IMG/VR virus record: IMGVR_UViG_3300020450_000031
Location: 1 to 54,511 of that record
Length of the DNA: 54,511 bases
Source of the DNA: a virus
Lineage: Duplodnaviria; Caudoviricetes
Direction: 5' to 3' (one strand)
Below the pieces are notes generated by a model that was not told the origin of the DNA, ran no database searches, and saw only the letters and a list, made by a program, of their open reading frames with translations. Each line of letters starts with the position of its first letter. Within the stretch, counting starts at the first letter, position 1. Positions 49,315-54,511 of this stretch are shown piece by piece. A program made the translations under genes and the position numbers.

Positions 49315-51380
49315 TGGCTATTCCCTGTAGACCTGTTCATAACTGTATTTGCACCCATGCCACCTGCTGGATTACCAGCGGGGTCAGTTACCTGCCCTTG
49401 TTGTGGCTGTTGTGCTTGCTGCATTTGTTGCTGCTCTTGTTGTGCTTTTAATATGCGAGATTTAAATGCTTCTTTTTCTTTCGATGGAATAATATCATCG
49501 ACTGGCATCTGAAGCCCTTTAGCAACTTCCCTAAGGATAGCAGCCCTGCCTTCTGTACCAAGGATCTGTGAATCAATCTCATTACCTGTAGCATTAAGAA
49601 ACTCAATACGTCTGATATTAACAGTCTCTTTAACAGCTAGGTTAACAGCACCTTTCGGTACAATAGCCAGATCACCCTTGATAGATTCATCATCATTATA
49701 CCGCATATTATACAAGAATATCCTGTGGATAACTGGTTTGATAACATCATTATCTATATGCATAACTACCTGACGTATACCTTTACCTGCTGATCCCATC
49801 AACATTGAAAGTCCAGAGGCAGTTCGACCTGCGCCCTGAACGTTCAAGTCTCCAGTGACATAGGAAGGAATGCCACTATGGTCATCTGCCAACTTAGCAA
49901 ACTTATCATATATAGCCGCTAACGTATTTGCATTATCTTCAGGCTGTGTAAACCTAACTGCAGGTGCGTTAGCTCCAAGGGGATCGTTTGTTACTTGCCA
50001 GATTTTCCACGGGTGGAGCTGCGTGATGTCTTCGTTCGGCGGGATTCTTTCGAGATTAACTTCGACCTGAGGCCCGCTAGATATGCCCATGTTATTAACA
50101 AGCGCTCTTGTAGCTGCGTTACAAACATTTTGGACGTCTTCAATAATTTCTGGTATACCTTTACCCCAAAACGCTCCAGGGGATTTAATAAACGATGTTT
50201 TAGCATATGGTTTTTCTCCTAGTGGGTCGTAATTTAAGACCGCTTTAATTACGTAATTACCTATCACCCACACGTTTGCGTCATACTCTTTGGCTTGGTC
50301 TGGAACCATTTCTTCGTCCATACCCCACTCAACAAGCATTTGACCGCTAACCTTGCCCCAAAACTCTAAGGCATCATACATACTTGTAGGTCGCCTATGA
50401 GTGCTAAATTTACGTTCTTCTTCATCCTTTGAATATTCAAAATCTTCTGTTATCCAGCTGCCATAATCATTTACACCTAACTCTAACAACTCACGAATAG
50501 CATCGTCATCATACCCAGGCAGACCAATAAGCTCGGAAAGATCAGATCTGCTGAGCTTGTGGTGCTCAAAAAGATAACCATCATTTATATGTGAAACTCC
50601 TGGCTCTGGATAAATATTAAACGGATCAACCCGTTCAAACTCTGGTGCTATAACCTCATCGGCACTAACTGTGGTCATCTCAGACGACTGGTCGTATTTA
50701 ATACGCCTCTGTCTGCGAATGACAGGCCCTTTGAGAAAAGCACATGGAAAAGTTACTAGATCAGTAATAAATTCATTAAATGATTCAGACCAACCGCCAT
50801 GAGCAAACTGATCATTGATAGTGACTTTCATTTTGTCTGCACGATTCTGTGCACCCTGCAACATTCCGAATCGGAAGTCTTGAGTCACCATTTCTTTTAA
50901 TTCACTAAGCTGAGCTGGTGTAGGGGCTTGCCCCATCTGTTTAATCATATCAACAACAGATTCAGCAAACGCCTCTTGTATCTCTGCTTGTTGTAAAGGT
51001 GTAAGTTCTGGAATAGGCGTAGGCTCTAAGTCCCAAGGGGGTGTACCCGAATCTAACAGTATGTCACGTAACCAAGATTCAGCGCCTCGGCACTTGACTT
51101 CAGTTAACATCATGTAAATTTCTGAGCCGCCTTGAGATTGTATAGCCGCTAATTTATCTGCCTCGTACTCACCATTACGTTGCCGCAATGCTTTAAGCAT
51201 AATATCTTCAATAGGATCTTTAGCTTCTTTAGCTGCATGCCAACACTCTTGTATATGCGAGTGTAATCCTAGTATATAAGGCTCATTCTGTCTGTCTTGC
51301 AAAGCAGCCTTTGCTGCAGCTTCTTCTTCAGCTACAAGCTCTGCATTGCCTACAACACGTAACATTCTAAGCCCAACCAT
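49311..51380 (-). CDS. portal protein
   Basis: 689 aa after TerL; VDPFN.YP, FWG.GI, RTASG.SML, Gln-rich tail. Confidence 0.92.
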   Translation of the reverse strand: MVGLRMLRVVGNAELVAEEEAAAKAALQDRQNEPYILGLHSHIQECWHAAKEAKDPIEDIMLKALRQRNGEYEADKLAAIQSQGGSEIYMMLTEVKCRGAESWLRDILLDSGTPPWDLEPTPIPELTPLQQAEIQEAFAESVVDMIKQMGQAPTPAQLSELKEMVTQDFRFGMLQGAQNRADKMKVTINDQFAHGGWSESFNEFITDLVTFPCAFLKGPVIRRQRRIKYDQSSEMTTVSADEVIAPEFERVDPFNIYPEPGVSHINDGYLFEHHKLSRSDLSELIGLPGYDDDAIRELLELGVNDYGSWITEDFEYSKDEEERKFSTHRRPTSMYDALEFWGKVSGQMLVEWGMDEEMVPDQAKEYDANVWVIGNYVIKAVLNYDPLGEKPYAKTSFIKSPGAFWGKGIPEIIEDVQNVCNAATRALVNNMGISSGPQVEVNLERIPPNEDITQLHPWKIWQVTNDPLGANAPAVRFTQPEDNANTLAAIYDKFAKLADDHSGIPSYVTGDLNVQGAGRTASGLSMLMGSAGKGIRQVVMHIDNDVIKPVIHRIFLYNMRYNDDESIKGDLAIVPKGAVNLAVKETVNIRRIEFLNATGNEIDSQILGTEGRAAILREVAKGLQMPVDDIIPSKEKEAFKSRILKAQQEQQQMQQAQQPQQGQVTDPAGNPAGGMGANTVMNRSTGNSQ

Positions 51381-51631
51381 TACGCCATCCCTGTTCCGTA
51401 GCCTGAACCTTTCTTACGAGACTTCCTAGCTTTGGCCATTCTTTCTTCTTCATCCTCATCTTCATCATCACGTTTTTTCTTACGTTTATCCATATCATTA
51501 CTATACTGCATAGCAGGGCCAACTAGCCCGCCTGTAATGTATGGTCTACGAACATCACCCATACCCCCATTCATTTTGGGGTTATCAGATGTACGCATGT
51601 AAGGTTTACCACCTCCGCATGTTCCTGGCAT
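51380..51631 (-). CDS. small charged protein (MPGTCGGGKP...)
   Basis: GGAGG before ATG 51631; TAATG overlap with portal. Confidence 0.75.
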   Translation of the reverse strand: MPGTCGGGKPYMRTSDNPKMNGGMGDVRRPYITGGLVGPAMQYSNDMDKRKKKRDDEDEDEEERMAKARKSRKKGSGYGTGMA

Positions 51632-51661
51632 AGTCACCTCCAATAACTGACAACTTGTTAT

Positions 51662-51689
51662 AGTTTACTCGAAAAAATAGCCCCGTCAA
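51662..51689 (-). promoter_or_regulatory. putative late promoter overlapping terminator arm
   Basis: TTGACG-16nt-TAAACT on minus strand. Confidence 0.5.
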
Positions 51690-51717
51690 GTGGAAAGGAG
51701 TAAAACTTGACGGGGCT
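51672..51717 (-). terminator. intrinsic terminator after terL
   Basis: perfect 13-bp stem AGCCCCGTCAAGT/ACTTGACGGGGCT followed by ATTTTTT on minus strand. Confidence 0.8.
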
Positions 51718-51782
51718 TAAGTTAGGGAGGTTTGCCAGTGGAGTAACATTCCAACCCAAGGGAGGTCTACCAATGTCGAAAG

Positions 51783-53162
51783 CTATGTCCACCCTACAGC
51801 TGCTACTCTGCGCACTTCACGAGCTTGGGGGGTGAGTGTGCCTTCACCTATAGAATGTATATGCATCATTAAATATTGTAAAGCCTCAGCTACATGTGAG
51901 TGTTTATTTTTTTCAACAGTTCCGTTTTTCTTATGGAATCTATACCCACCCATCATAGCTGACTTAAGATGTGTGCAGCGGGGGTCAAGTAAGAATGCAG
52001 CATCTCCATCTGCCTGTCGCATTAGGAAATCATCAACAGCTGACAGCCTAGCTGACACACTGTTAGTTTTTGCAGGGAATACTTTGAAGCCTTCTGCTTT
52101 TATTATGTCAACAGCAGAACGCTCATCAGTCTGTGCTCTTTGCGTACCAGCAGGATCAACCACGATTATAACTGGACAGCTAGAGAATCTTTCATAGATA
52201 AGTGGACGAATGATTGTGCGGACGAAACGCTGAATACCCATATCAAAGGAGACCGCCTCATCAAATATCAGCGCTCGCCCACGGGGATCTAATTGCCCGA
52301 AAACTGCTGCGGGTGTCAAGCCTAAGTCCATACCGATAATAACAGAGCGCACACCATTAACAATAGGAGCGAGCGTAGACGTTGCCATATGGTAGTCTGG
52401 CCTGAAGTATTTGTATACTGGTTGCCCCGCTGAGCTGAGTCCGTACTCACCGTCAATAAAGACCCGTACATATTCTTCTGAACGTCCTTGGGTGTCATAA
52501 TATCCATCTGGTAAATTCTCCACGTTTTCTGCGAGAGTGCTTCTGCCTGATGGCTGTTTGAACACATCCCAACCATTATTATTGTTGCTGACCCCATCTT
52601 TCGGATCTAGCTTTTCCATCTGGTAATACCACCATGTATCCATAGTTGGGGGATTGGTGTCTCCCCACATACCAAACCATGAGGGCCCTCCATCCTTGGC
52701 GGACGGGAATCTACCAATACGTTTGGACATAGCATCCACAATCTCTGGGTTAATATCTCTACACTCATTGAACCACGCAAAGGTCAGCTCAAGTGAGTTC
52801 AGGTTCGCCACATCATCTGCATCATCGAGTGCACGAAACATAATCTCGCACTCGACATCACCAACCTTAAAGAAGTAGGTCTTAGTTGTACGCATGAAGT
52901 TACCGCATGTGCCTGGTGGGAACCAATCGAGAAACGTCTTAATGGTCGTATCAGTCAACTGACGAACAGTTTCACGAACAACCGCAGCACGGGAGCGTCT
53001 CACCCCGTCCTGACTGGGAGCTTGTTGTGATGCCCTACGGACAATTTCAAAACAGCTCGCCACCGACTTACCTGACCCGACTGGCCCCATAAGTACACGC
53101 ATCTTTGCATCAGACTTCATAAAAGCTGTGCATGTCTTTGATGGTGTAAAGTCTATGTTCAT
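51783..53162 (-). CDS. terL: terminase large subunit
   Basis: GPVGSGKS, AWFNE, DTNPP, GMDLGLTPA, SH..EALQY. Confidence 0.95.
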   Translation of the reverse strand: MNIDFTPSKTCTAFMKSDAKMRVLMGPVGSGKSVASCFEIVRRASQQAPSQDGVRRSRAAVVRETVRQLTDTTIKTFLDWFPPGTCGNFMRTTKTYFFKVGDVECEIMFRALDDADDVANLNSLELTFAWFNECRDINPEIVDAMSKRIGRFPSAKDGGPSWFGMWGDTNPPTMDTWWYYQMEKLDPKDGVSNNNNGWDVFKQPSGRSTLAENVENLPDGYYDTQGRSEEYVRVFIDGEYGLSSAGQPVYKYFRPDYHMATSTLAPIVNGVRSVIIGMDLGLTPAAVFGQLDPRGRALIFDEAVSFDMGIQRFVRTIIRPLIYERFSSCPVIIVVDPAGTQRAQTDERSAVDIIKAEGFKVFPAKTNSVSARLSAVDDFLMRQADGDAAFLLDPRCTHLKSAMMGGYRFHKKNGTVEKNKHSHVAEALQYLMMHIHSIGEGTLTPQAREVRRVAAVGWT

Positions 53163-53302
53163 ATCTTACTCAGCAAAATTATAGCATAGGGTTTGTCAGC
53201 GTTGGGGTTTTTACGCAGCACCTTCTGTCTGAAAGCAACACCCTCAAGTTCAAGTAGTTTACCTATAGCCTCACATTCATCCAACGTCTTGAATGTCGCC
53301 AT
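53159..53302 (-). CDS. 47-aa hypothetical protein
   Basis: GAGGGG before ATG 53302; ATGA overlap with terL. Confidence 0.55.
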   Translation of the reverse strand: MATFKTLDECEAIGKLLELEGVAFRQKVLRKNPNADKPYAIILLSKI

Positions 53303-53786
53303 CGGTTTCCCCTCGTAGATCTTCGAGAACCTCTCTCTCAGGTTCTTGATCAATAGTGGCCGTTGCGATGTGCTCTTGGCCTCCGAGGTTAATTGTAATT
53401 TTAACTCCGCCACTTTGCCCCTCTATAGCTGTATCGTTCTTTGGTTCTAATCCGCCCCACTTAACAGTTGACTTTATCAAGTCAGCTTTAACTGCAGGCG
53501 ATACTTCTGGAGAATGAATTAATGTCCAACTAGTTGTCAGTAGTTCTTCGGCTTGTGCTCGGGCCTTGAGCTTGAACGTCATGCCTTTCTCTTTAATGTC
53601 ATCCCTATAAGAGTTGACCTGTTTGAGAAACACAGGGTCTTTGTTGAACACCAACACATCATCGGTACTAACCGAGTGTCGTTCTTTCAGTTCGTCCAAG
53701 GTCTCGCCACTGCCTTCTAGCATAAGCGCTATATCGAAAGCTAGTCGGTTTGACCACTTAGTATGTTTAAGCGGTAACGTATCCAT
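53277..53786 (-). CDS. terS: terminase small subunit (putative)
   Basis: upstream of terL, helical, GVKITINLG tail; start moved to ATG 53786. Confidence 0.72.
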   Translation of the reverse strand: MDTLPLKHTKWSNRLAFDIALMLEGSGETLDELKERHSVSTDDVLVFNKDPVFLKQVNSYRDDIKEKGMTFKLKARAQAEELLTTSWTLIHSPEVSPAVKADLIKSTVKWGGLEPKNDTAIEGQSGGVKITINLGGQEHIATATIDQEPEREVLEDLRGETDGDIQDVG

Positions 53787-53793
53787 ATGGTTG

Positions 53794-53822
53794 ATCCTAT
53801 GTGTAATGTACAATCCTGTCAA
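53794..53822 (-). promoter_or_regulatory. sigma70-type promoter of packaging operon (near-leaderless)
   Basis: TTGACA-17nt-TAGGAT, 7 nt before ATG 53786. Confidence 0.75.
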
Positions 53823-53986
53823 GAAACTTCGTAACTTTACACCTTCTAAAAAACGGCTCTTGTTATGAGAGGGTTACTTATATACAAGGCGGTCATAAAA
53901 CCAAATCCATGTACCCCCCTCCGACACACCCTATGGGCAATCGGTCAGCCGAAAATATACCCCCCCTGTAATCCGCAGAAACCCTA

Positions 53987-54020
53987 GCAACTTGACATTG
54001 TGTAACGTTTTTGCCTTAAT
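53987..54020 (+). promoter_or_regulatory. early promoter
   Basis: GCAAC-TTGACA-17nt-CTTAAT; first 11 nt identical to 954-964. Confidence 0.65.
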
Positions 54021-54023
54021 GAA

Positions 54024-54088
54024 GTTGTCAGCAGGGCATGGTGTCCAGCTGGCATAACCCGCCACGCACAGCGTGGTCTGTGTGTGGC
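54024..54088 (+). other. tandem leader hairpins with UGG loops
   Basis: GGGCA-TGG-TGTCC core with outer stem; GCCACGCACAG-CGTGGT-CTGTGTGTGGC. Confidence 0.65.
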
Positions 54089-54109
54089 ACAACCTAGGAG
54101 GTATGACTT

Positions 54110-54511
54110 ATGTCATCATCTTATAACGGGTTGGTTGCACTCGATACTAGCAACCAAAAGGGTGTTCGCACTGTCGTGTTAAAGCGTGGTGTGGACGTTG
54201 GTGATAATCCAAATACGCCTGAGGTTACACTCAAGCGCTTGGAAGGTTTGCCTAAGGGTACGGCGTTGAACCCGTACAACTTCAACATCATTGCATTCGA
54301 TACGAATGTGAAGCTGAGGAAGAAAGGCGAACAGCTAACCATTGACCATCTTCGAGCAGTGCTCAAGAAGCTGGGCGATGACGCTAAGGTTTGGGTCTCT
54401 CCTTGCTGGAAGAGTTTTGGTAAGCCACCGAAGCTCAACATAGCGAAGGCGAGCGAGACATCGAACTTCGGTTCTCGCAAGTCTTCAGTCGAGAAATTCG
54501 ACTTTGGATAC
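54110..54511 (+). CDS. hypothetical early protein (MSSSYNGLVALDTSNQKGVRTVVLKRG...), open at window end
   Basis: AGGAGGT SD, 134 stop-free codons to last base; missed by ORF track. Confidence 0.85.
   Translation, partial: MSSSYNGLVALDTSNQKGVRTVVLKRGVDVGDNPNTPEVTLKRLEGLPKGTALNPYNFNIIAFDTNVKLRKKGEQLTIDHLRAVLKKLGDDAKVWVSPCWKSFGKPPKLNIAKASETSNFGSRKSSVEKFDFGY

Noticed and set aside
2153-52597. Other same-strand alternate-frame ORFs (2153, 3743, 4086, 4326, 6377, 13963, 29256, 32362, 41140, 52322 etc.)
   Set aside because: Unlike 23003-23185 I saw no convincing SD plus family-like sequence; typical off-frame composition
53786-53822. ORF-track TTG start of terS at 53822
   Set aside because: That TTG is the -35 box of the promoter; ATG 53786 fits better. 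Starts at 1448, 1746, 1895, 34760, 36220, 36669, 40529, 43012, 51643 and 53413 were shortened for similar SD/overlap reasons
54021-54095. tRNA or known riboswitch in the structured leader
   Set aside because: No cloverleaf, T-loop or CCA; no riboswitch consensus recognised
1673-54480. Many antisense ORFs in the track (e.g. 2559-2942, 17845-18312, 22276-22743, 29778-30215, 47197-47691, 54121-54480)
   Set aside because: Shadows of real genes on the opposite strand; no SD or recognisable motifs
1-54511. Stop-codon reassignment, introns or inteins
   Set aside because: Core genes (polA, terL, helicase, portal, MCP) are full length and uninterrupted in the standard code

Overview
The window looks like an essentially complete ~54.5 kb dsDNA tailed-phage genome with podovirus-like architecture and a probably marine host (inferred). 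It appears to have been opened inside the early region. The + strand (54110 to the end, then 49-17399) carries small early genes, a MoxR-like AAA / VWA-metallopeptidase module, an HslV-like Ntn hydrolase and a replication module: family A DNA polymerase, Cas4-like exonuclease, VRR-NUC nuclease, SNF2 helicase, two SSB-like proteins, an HTH regulator and a primase-DUF927 helicase. The - strand (53786 down to 17400) carries TerS, TerL, portal, scaffold, capsid, adaptors, tail fibres, a lysis cassette, a tail hub and ejection proteins, including a 2825-aa polyvalent protein. I saw no integrase, RNA polymerase, tRNA or CRISPR. The most notable signals are: (1) a Shine-Dalgarno-equipped 60-aa basic gene nested in the +1 frame of the giant gene, part of a dispersed set of tiny Lys/Arg-rich late proteins; (2) an exact 34-bp repeat shared by two ejection-protein genes; (3) four UGG-triloop hairpins in early leaders; (4) a TGTAANGTTA operator-like motif over promoters; (5) strong GATC depletion confined to the early half. 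Family assignments come from motif recognition by eye, not from database searches.
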